DNA of 64,000 nt. It comes from Prevotella sp. (lineage in GTDB: Bacteria > Bacteroidota > Bacteroidia > Bacteroidales > Dysgonomonadaceae). Below, one piece after another: positions 9,559 to 18,262 of this stretch (the stretch's first letter is position 1; the number at the start of each line of letters is the position of its first letter). The DNA lies in assembly GCA_031285625.1 (NCBI GenBank), contig JAITVV010000018.1, positions 1 through 64,000 of the forward strand. Direction: 5' to 3'. The notes beneath the pieces were generated by a model. That model was not told the origin of the DNA and searched no databases. It was given only the letters and a program-made list of their open reading frames with translations. A program made the translations under genes and the position numbers.

Positions 9559-10050
9559 GTGGGTTGGAAAGTAGTAGAACGAAAGTTAGGCAGGGCAGGT
9601 GGTATAAAACAGCAACAGGCTCGCCAAAAAGAATGGGACAGCAAATATGGTGCGGATAACTGGATGGTTGGTTATATTATTAATGATAAATTTATTACAT
9701 CCGAAGAAGCATTCGACATTATCTATTATCCAAGCTATGTACAGCATTTCAGGAATCATCCCGAAGATTTAAACGAGTTGGTTTCTACAGCTAAAAGTCT
9801 GCGGAATCCACATGCTGAAGCTACAGGAGGTGTTGATTTACAGGTTCCTGCTATTCAGAGATATCTGAGGGAAAATAACCTGACTCTACAAGGTAGTGCA
9901 CTGATGGATATAGGCACATGGGGAAATATACATTCTCATAAACTAAGTGTCAGGGTAAGTCCCTTGCAAATCAAAGTAGTGGGCGACGACAAGATAACCC
10001 TTGAAAAATACTGGCAGGAGAAAAAAGTATTAGTAGTATGGACAGATTAA
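9559..10050 (+). CDS. Hypothetical protein
   Basis: 163-aa ORF with GTG start, 4 nt after rtcB and co-oriented. Confidence 0.7.
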   Translation: MGWKVVERKLGRAGGIKQQQARQKEWDSKYGADNWMVGYIINDKFITSEEAFDIIYYPSYVQHFRNHPEDLNELVSTAKSLRNPHAEATGGVDLQVPAIQRYLRENNLTLQGSALMDIGTWGNIHSHKLSVRVSPLQIKVVGDDKITLEKYWQEKKVLVVWTD

Positions 10051-10061
10051 AAGAAATTAAT

Positions 10062-10829
10062 ATGAAAAATAAAATAAGGTTAGACCACGAATTACCATTG
10101 GCAGTAGTTGAATGGGGTTGGAAATTTCATCACCTTGGAACTCCAACAGATAAAGTAATGCCTGATGAGACGTATTTGGCACTCTTTAAACTTTATGTTT
10201 CAGGATTTGACACAAGCCCTTTTGGCATTGAGTGGATGCGGTATGAGAAAGATTCGCCTATTCATCCGCTAATACAGGAAGTACCCCATATCTGTTTTGA
10301 AGTAGAGAATCTTGATTATGAATTAAGCATACACGATTTTAATATTATAACATTGCCAAACTCACCATCAAAGGATACAAGGGTTGCAATGATAGAACAT
10401 AATGGCGCGCCAATGGAATTAATTGAGTTTAAAAATAAAAAAAATAGTAATAAGAAAAATAAAATAAGATTGGACCACGAATTACCATTGGCTGTTGAAG
10501 AATGGGGCTGGAAATATCATCATTTGGGAATTCCAACAAATAAAGTATTGCCGGAAGAGAGATATTTACCCCAATTTAAACTGTATGTTTCAGGCTTTGA
10601 CACAAGCCCGTTTGGGGTGGAATGGATGCGATATGAAAAAGACAGTCCAATATCAGATATAACAAAATCAGTTCCTCATATTGCATTTGAAGTTGATGAT
10701 ATTGACCAGGAATTCGCCAAATATAATTTTGAAATTATTTCTGAACCAGGTATACCTTCCGATGGAGTCAGAGCAGCAATGATTTTGCATAATGGTGCAC
10801 CAATCGAATTAATAGAGTTTAGAAAGTAA
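10062..10829 (+). CDS. Tandem-duplicated VOC/glyoxalase-like domain protein
   Basis: Two highly similar ~120-aa halves (HHLG, GIEWMRY, PHIxFEV, AMIxHNGAPxELIEF). Likely ATG 10062 (track starts at 10038). Confidence 0.75.
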   Translation: MKNKIRLDHELPLAVVEWGWKFHHLGTPTDKVMPDETYLALFKLYVSGFDTSPFGIEWMRYEKDSPIHPLIQEVPHICFEVENLDYELSIHDFNIITLPNSPSKDTRVAMIEHNGAPMELIEFKNKKNSNKKNKIRLDHELPLAVEEWGWKYHHLGIPTNKVLPEERYLPQFKLYVSGFDTSPFGVEWMRYEKDSPISDITKSVPHIAFEVDDIDQEFAKYNFEIISEPGIPSDGVRAAMILHNGAPIELIEFRK

Positions 10830-11269
10830 TGACAGATTTATATACAGGAAAAGATTTATTGATAAAGAAGTATGGGTTAAATCTCAAGAATGATGGTTAT
10901 TGGTACATTAAGAAGGAAAATGCTCATGAACAATTAGTTTTTAAGGACTCATTCTTTCAAAAGAGTGACCTCATAATTATTCTGTTTCGAATTTATAAGC
11001 TTTGTTTTGCTAAGGTCAGTTATTTCAGGCGAAATATACATAAGTATGAAGCATACAAGTATCATTATAAGGATGGATTTACTCAAACAGACCTATGGGA
11101 TGCAGACTTCTTTAAGCATAAGAAGTCAGGATATATTATTGATTTCAGATTTCTGCAAACTATAACAGATATAAACATATTCTTGCAGTTAGTTGCAGAA
11201 CTAGAGTTGACAGAGGATGAGAAATATCGCGACATGAGTATTTTTTCGCGATTGGAGTCCCTGTCGTAA
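10829..11269 (+). CDS. Hypothetical protein (aromatic/Lys-rich)
   Basis: 146-aa ORF with TAATG stop/start overlap. Confidence 0.7.
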   Translation: MTDLYTGKDLLIKKYGLNLKNDGYWYIKKENAHEQLVFKDSFFQKSDLIIILFRIYKLCFAKVSYFRRNIHKYEAYKYHYKDGFTQTDLWDADFFKHKKSGYIIDFRFLQTITDINIFLQLVAELELTEDEKYRDMSIFSRLESLS

Positions 11270-11289
11270 CAAACATAATTTAAAAAACA

Positions 11290-12135
11290 ATGAAAATAGC
11301 AATATTTGCCGATATACATGGCAAGATACTTCTACCGTTCAAGATGGTGGATGCTTATCAAAAACAATATGGAGAAAAGATAGACCTGATTCTCCAATGC
11401 GGAGATATAGGAGCTTTTCCGGACATAGAAAAACTGGACAAAGCCACAATAAAGCATGCCAAAGGGGACATGCAGGAACTGGGGTTTAGCAAGCAGTTTC
11501 TTTATATCAACCGGGATATCGAACAATTTCTGGACAAGCTGGATATCGATATGATTTGTGTACGTGGTAATCACGAAGACCATGATTTTCTGGACGAAAA
11601 AGAAGGAAAAGCAACAGACTTTCGTTACCCTATCGACTGCTATCATAGAATATTTGTTTGCAAAAGCGGTATCACACAGTCATTTTGGAAAGATGGGGAA
11701 GAACTTGTCTTTATGGGTATCGGACGCATTGGTGACCGTAAACAACGGAATGACAAACGTTTTATCCAGGAATATGAACGCAGGGAAATTAAAAGGGCTC
11801 TTCATCAGGGACATAAAATAGATATTCTTATTTCGCATGATATATCTTCAGAGATGACAAGCCCCGGATTCGGCATGGACGAACTCCGGCCTGTATTGAA
11901 CCAGTTAAGACCTTTTGCACATTTCTTCGGGCATACTGGTAAACCCTATAAGGTAGAACTGGATGAGAATAAGCAGACTTTTTCCGTAAAAATAAAAGAG
12001 CTGGAATTTGATGTCTCCGGTAGTTTGCCCGAAGGTTGCATGTTTATACTTGAAAAAATAAATGGCGTGATTGAAGGAGATCCGGTTAGTATCGATTTTA
12101 TTCGTCAGTTCAATAAACATACATGGCTTTTGTAA
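11290..12135 (+). CDS. Calcineurin-like metallophosphoesterase
   Basis: Full motif set: DIHG, CGD, RGNHE, ISHD, FGHTG. Confidence 0.88.
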   Translation: MKIAIFADIHGKILLPFKMVDAYQKQYGEKIDLILQCGDIGAFPDIEKLDKATIKHAKGDMQELGFSKQFLYINRDIEQFLDKLDIDMICVRGNHEDHDFLDEKEGKATDFRYPIDCYHRIFVCKSGITQSFWKDGEELVFMGIGRIGDRKQRNDKRFIQEYERREIKRALHQGHKIDILISHDISSEMTSPGFGMDELRPVLNQLRPFAHFFGHTGKPYKVELDENKQTFSVKIKELEFDVSGSLPEGCMFILEKINGVIEGDPVSIDFIRQFNKHTWLL

Positions 12136-12306
12136 TTTCGGATAAAATTATCTAATATTATGTTGCATTAGAAGAATAGAAAGTAACAAATTAAAATAGA
12201 GGTAAAAGTGTTACTTTTGTCACCTTTTGTTTGTATTATATTGAATATTAGTATTCTATGAAAATAGAAAAAGTGTTACTTTTTACATTAATTTGAGACT
12301 TACAGA

Positions 12307-12876
12307 ATGAAAAGATATACAAAATCAGGTAGATATTATAAAAACTACTATTTAGTAGAATGTCCCCAATGTCATAAACCAGCCAATGTGGAAAAAGGAA
12401 TACTTAGCTGTCCGAATTGTATGCTACTAAAGAATGCAGATGATGATATTTCATATAAGGCATATGTAAAACGGTTTTGTCCTTATTGTGGAAAAGAAAT
12501 ATATGCTGAACAGTCGGGATTTAAAACTCCCCCGAAAGAAATAAGTGTGACTTGTTCTCATTGTCAGGAAGCTATTGAATATTCTCCGAATATTGAGAGC
12601 TACCGGAAGATATATTCTTTACCTCAGGATACAGGACTAAAGAAAGACCCTTATTTCTGCTTACCATTGTGGTTGCAAACAGAGGTGAAAGGAAATATTT
12701 TCTGGGCATGTAACCGCGAGCATCTGCAGGAAATAAAAGAATATGTAGAATCTGACCTTCGCGAACGGTTATGGCCATATCTGATGACAATGACGGCAAA
12801 ACTACCCGCATTTATAAAAGATGCGAAAAATAGGGAAGATATTATAAAGGGAATTAACCGGCTGGAAAAAAAATAA
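12307..12876 (+). CDS. Zinc-ribbon protein with four CxxC pairs and a helical C-terminal domain
   Basis: CPQC, CPNC, CPYC, CSHC; C-terminal DPYFCLPLWLQ...WACNREHL...LRER. Confidence 0.75.
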   Translation: MKRYTKSGRYYKNYYLVECPQCHKPANVEKGILSCPNCMLLKNADDDISYKAYVKRFCPYCGKEIYAEQSGFKTPPKEISVTCSHCQEAIEYSPNIESYRKIYSLPQDTGLKKDPYFCLPLWLQTEVKGNIFWACNREHLQEIKEYVESDLRERLWPYLMTMTAKLPAFIKDAKNREDIIKGINRLEKK

Positions 12877-12878
12877 TT

Positions 12879-13475
12879 ATGGGATTACTTGATTTATTAT
12901 TTCCAAAGAAGGAAGATGCACAGAAAGTGACAGAAGAGGATATGCGTAATACTATTATTAAGCTGAATCTACTTATAACAATTCTGGAACTATTTGATGG
13001 TACTTGTGCGGATAAGGTTGTTACCCGTTTGGGGCTGAATGAATCTTATGGTTTCACAAAACCATATCCAATCATCGATTTACTAAAATGCCAGCAGGAT
13101 CATTACTTAATTGACCGGTATATTCCTTTACTTGCTTATGGACATGGGACAATATATGCATATGATAGCCTTTTAAATGGATTTATAAAATACTATTTGG
13201 AACTGGGGCCTAAAGATGGGCGATATCCTACTCTTACATGGGACGGCGTATTTATTGACTATATATTCAGTTTATGGGAAAATAAGTGGATAGATGATGA
13301 TAATGAAGAATATACGAATGAGGATATAATATATGTTGGAAAATTGTTAGGCTTGAAACATATTGAAGTGATAATGGAATCCATCGTCAGGAATTTCGAG
13401 GTTGGTACTTTCAACTCTTACGAAAAATGGAAACAAGAGACGACAGACCTATTAAATGCTCATATAAATGAATGA
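12879..13475 (+). CDS. Hypothetical acidic protein, possibly immunity-protein-like
   Basis: 198-aa ORF 2 nt after the previous gene and overlapping the next. Family assignment is speculative. Confidence 0.65.
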   Translation: MGLLDLLFPKKEDAQKVTEEDMRNTIIKLNLLITILELFDGTCADKVVTRLGLNESYGFTKPYPIIDLLKCQQDHYLIDRYIPLLAYGHGTIYAYDSLLNGFIKYYLELGPKDGRYPTLTWDGVFIDYIFSLWENKWIDDDNEEYTNEDIIYVGKLLGLKHIEVIMESIVRNFEVGTFNSYEKWKQETTDLLNAHINE

Positions 13476-14022
13476 TCTTATCCATTATCACGATTTTAAA
13501 CATCATCTATTATCTGACCTGAAATGGTTAGAGAAGAACAAGGGCGAATGGGATGAAGTTATAGAACTTGATCTAAAATCGATAGGTAATTCTCAGTTGG
13601 ATTTTTATATAGGTAATCTTTCTTCTGAAAATATCAAAGCAGAGATGTCTGCATGGTTAAGAAGTCGTCAGCTTTACCAGAAAGATAATTACAAAGATTG
13701 GATCAGCGAAAATAAAGGTTTCAGGGAAGTAAAGCTTTCTGATGATTCGGCATGGACGTTGCGTATTATAGAGAAAGAGTCGTTTATACATATTCATCCG
13801 TCACGCTATTCCACGCATACTATGCGTATAAAGGCAAATACATTGAAAACAGTATTATGCACACTTCTCTTTGAGAATATATACACATTTATATTCAATA
13901 CAGAGTCGGTTAATTATTATAGGGATAAATATTTAGATTTATCTCTTGTTAAGGTTGCTGGCAACCACAATGAACTGGAGGCTGTTTTCAGCCTGTTTAC
14001 AGATAAAAGAATAAATGAATAA
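13468..14022 (+). CDS. Hypothetical protein coupled to prfH
   Basis: 184-aa ORF with 8-nt overlaps on both sides; motif-like IGNSQLDFYIG, LSDDSAW, IHIHPSR, ANTLKT. Confidence 0.7.
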   Translation: MNDLIHYHDFKHHLLSDLKWLEKNKGEWDEVIELDLKSIGNSQLDFYIGNLSSENIKAEMSAWLRSRQLYQKDNYKDWISENKGFREVKLSDDSAWTLRIIEKESFIHIHPSRYSTHTMRIKANTLKTVLCTLLFENIYTFIFNTESVNYYRDKYLDLSLVKVAGNHNELEAVFSLFTDKRINE

Positions 14023-14635
14023 TAAAATATACTTACAAATAACTTCAGGAAGAGGGCCAGCCGAATGTTGCAGGGCTGTGGCTTTAGTTTTGGAGAAAAT
14101 ATTAAAGCAAGCGAAGGATCAGGCGTTAAAAGCAGAGGTGATAGATCGTGAAGCCGGTCCGCTTAACAGGACATTATTATCTGCAACCTTATCGATAGAA
14201 GGTAAGAACCCGCATGAAATGGTTAAAGAATGGGAAGGTACAATACAATGGATATCAAAAAGCCCTTATCGTATTTATCACAAACGTAAAAACTGGTTTA
14301 TAGGTATTCAGACTTTTACTATTCCTGTCAATAAGGAAGCCAATGAAAGAGAAATCCGCTACGAAACTTTACGCGCTTCAGGACCGGGTGGGCAGCATGT
14401 GAATAAAACAGAATCAGCTGTAAGGGCTATCCATACACCTTCAGGCTTAAGCATTACAGCATCTGATCAACGATCACAACTGCAAAATAAGAAACTGGCA
14501 ACAGAACGCTTACTAATAAAACTTGCAGCATGGAATGTGGAACAAGCAATGATTGCCGCACAGGCCAATTGGAGTAATCATAACACTCTTCAACGAGGAA
14601 ATCCTGTAAAAGTAATAGAGGCTCCATTGTCTTAG
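14015..14635 (+). CDS. prfH: Peptide chain release factor homolog PrfH
   Basis: LQITSGRGPAECC, WEGTIQW, HKRKNWFIG, RASGPGGQHVNKTESAVR; about 200 aa and in the same operon as rtcB. Confidence 0.94.
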   Translation: MNNKIYLQITSGRGPAECCRAVALVLEKILKQAKDQALKAEVIDREAGPLNRTLLSATLSIEGKNPHEMVKEWEGTIQWISKSPYRIYHKRKNWFIGIQTFTIPVNKEANEREIRYETLRASGPGGQHVNKTESAVRAIHTPSGLSITASDQRSQLQNKKLATERLLIKLAAWNVEQAMIAAQANWSNHNTLQRGNPVKVIEAPLS

Positions 14636-14745
14636 ACTGACCATTTAACTTTTTCGTCGAGAGAATTTCCCTCTTTGTCGATTATCATTTTTTGGACGAA
14701 AACTTGTTCATAATTTTGAATTAACAAACTTAAAGCACAAAGATT

Positions 14746-15348
14746 ATGAAAAAGTTATTAATAGCCATTAGTATATTTTTTGCAGTAGGAATGGTTTCTC
14801 CTACAATGGCACAGAACATAAATATAAACATAAATTTGGATAAGCAACCGGCTTGGGGTCCAACTGGATACGACTATGCAGGATATTACTATTTCCCTGA
14901 TATTAATGTATACTTTGATGTGAATAATTCCCTGTTCTATTACCTTACAAGTGGGAGATGGATTTCGAACCAGTACTTACCTAGCAGTTATCGTAAATAC
15001 GATCTGTACAGCATGTATAAGGTTGTAGTAAATGATAATCAGCCTTGGTTGCAAAATAAGACACATAAGAAGTCATATTCCCAGTATAAGGGTGATCGTA
15101 CTCAGGAGCCTATTCGTTACAGTAATAATACTAAATACAATAATAGTAAGAATAATACACGAGGCTGGGTAAATACTAATTCGAACTCAAATTCGAATAA
15201 TAACAGACAGAATGCCAGAGAGAGCAGTAATGTTACTAGTAATAGAAATACTGACAGTCGGCAGACAACAAATAGGAATACTACAGACAGACAATCTGAT
15301 AGGAACTCAAGTACTACAAGGAATTCAAATACTACAAATAAAAGATAG
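14746..15348 (+). CDS. Secreted hypothetical protein with Tyr-rich domain and low-complexity N/R/S/T tail
   Basis: Signal peptide; QPAWGPTGYDYAGYYYFPDINVYFD. Confidence 0.75.
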   Translation: MKKLLIAISIFFAVGMVSPTMAQNINININLDKQPAWGPTGYDYAGYYYFPDINVYFDVNNSLFYYLTSGRWISNQYLPSSYRKYDLYSMYKVVVNDNQPWLQNKTHKKSYSQYKGDRTQEPIRYSNNTKYNNSKNNTRGWVNTNSNSNSNNNRQNARESSNVTSNRNTDSRQTTNRNTTDRQSDRNSSTTRNSNTTNKR

Positions 15349-15394
15349 GATAAGTTAATAAGTTAAGTTCAGTAAGATTGATTGGTTAATAAGG

Positions 15395-15422
15395 TAAAGG
15401 CGAGCAGTGATGCCCGCCTTTA
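15395..15422. terminator. Bidirectional terminator
   Basis: taaaggcg...cgccttta stem between convergent genes. Confidence 0.7.
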
Positions 15423-15432
15423 TTATCTGAGG

Positions 15433-15903
15433 TCATTTTGCTATAATTTCTTCTATTTCGCTGATGTGTAAATGCAGGTGACTTGGATATCCGTTAATCA
15501 TATCGTGTAGCGATACTATATTTCCTTCAAAGTCAGTCCATGTATTATTCAATTTGGATATATCTATGTTTTGCACCAGATGTACAATATGTAGATTATA
15601 GAACTTCCATAGGGCTACAAGGTTATTCCAATCTTCATTCTGGTAATTCTGAATAGCTATCCAGCGGTCATTATCCTGCGTATAATCAGGGAATGTAAGA
15701 TCAGAATGATATTGTAATCGCACCATCCGTTGGTGATTGTTAGAGGCCGAGTCGATGAGGTGTCCTATTAGCTGTTTTATGGTCCTGTTTTGTGAATTCC
15801 TTCTGTTTGAAATTGTATCATCTGGTAAATTCAGTAACTTACTCTCCCATACCTCAGTTATATGGTTTATCGCATTTATTGCTTCAGTGAAATTTGCCAT
15901 CAT
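15433..15903 (-). CDS. DinB family protein
   Basis: TIKQLIGHLIDSASNNHQR, YTQDNDRW, HLHLH. Confidence 0.85.
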   Translation of the reverse strand: MMANFTEAINAINHITEVWESKLLNLPDDTISNRRNSQNRTIKQLIGHLIDSASNNHQRMVRLQYHSDLTFPDYTQDNDRWIAIQNYQNEDWNNLVALWKFYNLHIVHLVQNIDISKLNNTWTDFEGNIVSLHDMINGYPSHLHLHISEIEEIIAK

Positions 15904-15938
15904 TCTCTTTTTATTACTGGAAAGATTGAGATAAAAAT

Positions 15939-15973
15939 AAATCTATCCGTTTTCAAAGATAACGAATAGATTT
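15939..15973 (-). terminator. Terminator after the universal stress protein gene
   Basis: aaatctat-cgtt/aacg-atagattt stem followed by a T-rich tract on the minus strand. Confidence 0.55.
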
Positions 15974-16001
15974 ACACTACTTTATTTTTAATATGGGAAA
16001 A

Positions 16002-17123
16002 TTATCCTCTTAATACCAGCAACGGAGTGTCGGAATGGAATAACATTTTCCGGGAGATACTCGGACTGAACATTCTGGCAAATATATTACGCTTACTAGT
16101 GGTGAGAGCTAATACCTGGATATGATCATTCTTTATATATTCATCCAGACTTTTCAGCATATCGCTTGTATCTATTAGCTTATAGTCAAGATTCAGATTC
16201 GGGTATTGTTTGGAAAAATATGTTTTGATACCTTCCAATTTTATCTTATCCCATTGATCTGATTTTTTTACAGCTATATGAGTAAGTGAAATTCTTATAT
16301 CCTGGTATGGTTGCAATAGCTTTGCTAATAAGTCGAATGAGATCAGATCACGCTGACTGAAATTTGTAAGGAAAGCAATATGCTTTACATCCCTGAAATC
16401 ATAAAATGGAGTATTCTCAGGTATAGCTATCAATGGAACGTGAGTCATTTCTATTACTTCAGCTGTCACACTACCTATCAGGTCAGCATCTTTCTGGTCT
16501 TTACCACGTGTACCCATAACTATAAGAGCCGGCTTATATTCCTTTGTAAAGGTTACTATCTCTTCTTCCGGTAAACCTTCTCTCAATACGTATGAATAAT
16601 TCACAGGAGGAAACTCTCCTTCAGATACTTTCTTGTCAATCGTATTGCAGAGTTTCTGTATATTTTCTTTTACTTTTTCTATAATATTCTGAAATTCCTT
16701 TTCTTCTTTGCCCTGGTAGGCAAATGCTTCAGCCATAGGCAGAGCTGTGGGATAATACGGATTAAAATACACATGCAGTATTTTTACCTTTGCATCTAAT
16801 TCCCGTGCGAGATTAAAAGCTATGCGGCAGGCTTTGAGTGAATAATCCGAGAAATCGACAGGGATTAAAATACGTTTTCGCCCGTCATCAGTACGATAAG
16901 TTTCTTCTTCGTCATAACTGAATAGGTGTCGGCTTTCTACTACGCTAAGTGCTTTTGGCAGATCAGATTCTTTTATACGAATACGAACTCCGGCTGCTAC
17001 TCCGGGATTACTCAGATCAACGTCATTGATGTGAACTTCAATCTTTTCACTTTCTAACACTTTCTTTAATATCTGGGCTTTTTCATTCGTATGAATGGCA
17101 AGTGTTACTAGTTTATCTTCCAT
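16002..17123 (-). CDS. Universal stress protein with N-terminal DUF2007-like domain
   Basis: RILIPVDFSDYS, LIVMGTRG, IGSVTAEVI, TPLLVL. Confidence 0.9.
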   Translation of the reverse strand: MEDKLVTLAIHTNEKAQILKKVLESEKIEVHINDVDLSNPGVAAGVRIRIKESDLPKALSVVESRHLFSYDEEETYRTDDGRKRILIPVDFSDYSLKACRIAFNLARELDAKVKILHVYFNPYYPTALPMAEAFAYQGKEEKEFQNIIEKVKENIQKLCNTIDKKVSEGEFPPVNYSYVLREGLPEEEIVTFTKEYKPALIVMGTRGKDQKDADLIGSVTAEVIEMTHVPLIAIPENTPFYDFRDVKHIAFLTNFSQRDLISFDLLAKLLQPYQDIRISLTHIAVKKSDQWDKIKLEGIKTYFSKQYPNLNLDYKLIDTSDMLKSLDEYIKNDHIQVLALTTSKRNIFARMFSPSISRKMLFHSDTPLLVLRG

Positions 17124-17166
17124 AACCTAAATAAGTATTTTAATAGTTCTTTTTTATTATTTGAAA

Positions 17167-17196
17167 AGAGATGAACACTTCTTCGTATTCATCTCT
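17167..17196 (-). terminator. Hairpin/terminator after the 84-aa gene
   Basis: agagatgaa/ttcatctct 9-bp stem. Confidence 0.5.
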
Positions 17197-17204
17197 CTAT
17201 TTTT

Positions 17205-17459
17205 TTAGACCTCCTTTGTTTCCATCATTTCTAAAGCCATATCCAAAATAGTGGTATCGTCGAGTGAAACATAACCGCCGTCCGGCCCGGGTTCTATATG
17301 AACGCCACAGCTTTGTCCTTTTTCATAACTGTATCCGCCAAAATAGTTCCAAACAGTTTCCACCGGAATTTGTAGTCTCTCCGCTATTTGATGTATGCTT
17401 CCATCTGGTAGGTTGTCCTTGATGCTTCGAAGCTCTGCAAATTTAATAACTCTAGTCAT
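17205..17459 (-). CDS. Small Bacteroidales putative DNA-binding (HTH-like) protein
   Basis: ELRSIKDNLPDGSIHQIAERL...VETVWNYFGG...HIEPGPDGG. Confidence 0.75.
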   Translation of the reverse strand: MTRVIKFAELRSIKDNLPDGSIHQIAERLQIPVETVWNYFGGYSYEKGQSCGVHIEPGPDGGYVSLDDTTILDMALEMMETKEV

Positions 17460-17537
17460 ACTCTCTAAGTTTTAAATGGTAAATGATTAGGAATATGTTC
17501 TAAAGTTATAAAATTCTTTTTTGAAAAGCAATTGATT

Positions 17538-18233
17538 TTAGTTAGGAATATTAAATAATGCACTATAGATAGCAATAAATAATATCGTAATTACAATTGT
17601 TGCAATTATAACTTTTGCCCTATCGTTTGAATATACAGGGATTTTCAAATCCCCTTTAGGGACTTTTAATATATATTGGCGAGAGGTTAAATAAATATAA
17701 TACACTAAAAAGCCTATAAGTGTTCCCCAGATAGCTCCACCAACCACGTCGGAGATGAAATGTACTCCAAGATATATGCGCGAGTATGCTGTGGTTGTAG
17801 CCCATATGATCATTGTGATGGTCAGATATCTGTATTTGAAAAGTAATGATATAAATGTTACAACACCAAAACCGTTGGCTGCATGATTTGATATAAAACC
17901 ATACTTGCCTCCGCGATATCCTTTTACGGTATCTACAAAATTCTGGAAGTCGGGGTGATGGGTTGGTCTTGGACGCTCGAAAAACGGTTTTATTAGCTGA
18001 GCCGATACATAATCACATAAGATGCCAACCAATGCTGCACAGAGGAGTAAAAGAAGAGCTTCTTTCCATTTTATTTTATAAACGAAAATAATAAATGAGA
18101 CAATAACAAGAGGCAACCATATTAGCTTACCGCTATATATCCACATAAAGACATCCCAGTAGGCAGTATGATGCTCATTTAGCCACAAGAATAACTCCCG
18201 CTCATAAGGTAAAATTTTTTCGACAAAACTCAT
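17538..18233 (-). CDS. PAP2 family phosphatase
   Basis: KPFFERPRP, FISNHA, SRIYLGVHFISD. Confidence 0.92.
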   Translation of the reverse strand: MSFVEKILPYERELFLWLNEHHTAYWDVFMWIYSGKLIWLPLVIVSFIIFVYKIKWKEALLLLLCAALVGILCDYVSAQLIKPFFERPRPTHHPDFQNFVDTVKGYRGGKYGFISNHAANGFGVVTFISLLFKYRYLTITMIIWATTTAYSRIYLGVHFISDVVGGAIWGTLIGFLVYYIYLTSRQYILKVPKGDLKIPVYSNDRAKVIIATIVITILFIAIYSALFNIPN

Positions 18234-18262
18234 TTATGTGTTTTTCATCTGATTTAGGGGTA

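Noticed and set aside
14015-14635. prfA, prfB or arfB
   Set aside because: The length and the LQITSGRGPAECC / RKNWF motifs are PrfH-specific.
7390-14635. Prophage or integrative element
   Set aside because: No integrase, att repeats, or phage structural or conjugation genes.
14651-14702. 8-bp inverted repeat ttttcgtc/gacgaaaa after prfH
   Set aside because: Short, with a long spacer and no U tract; compatible with chance.
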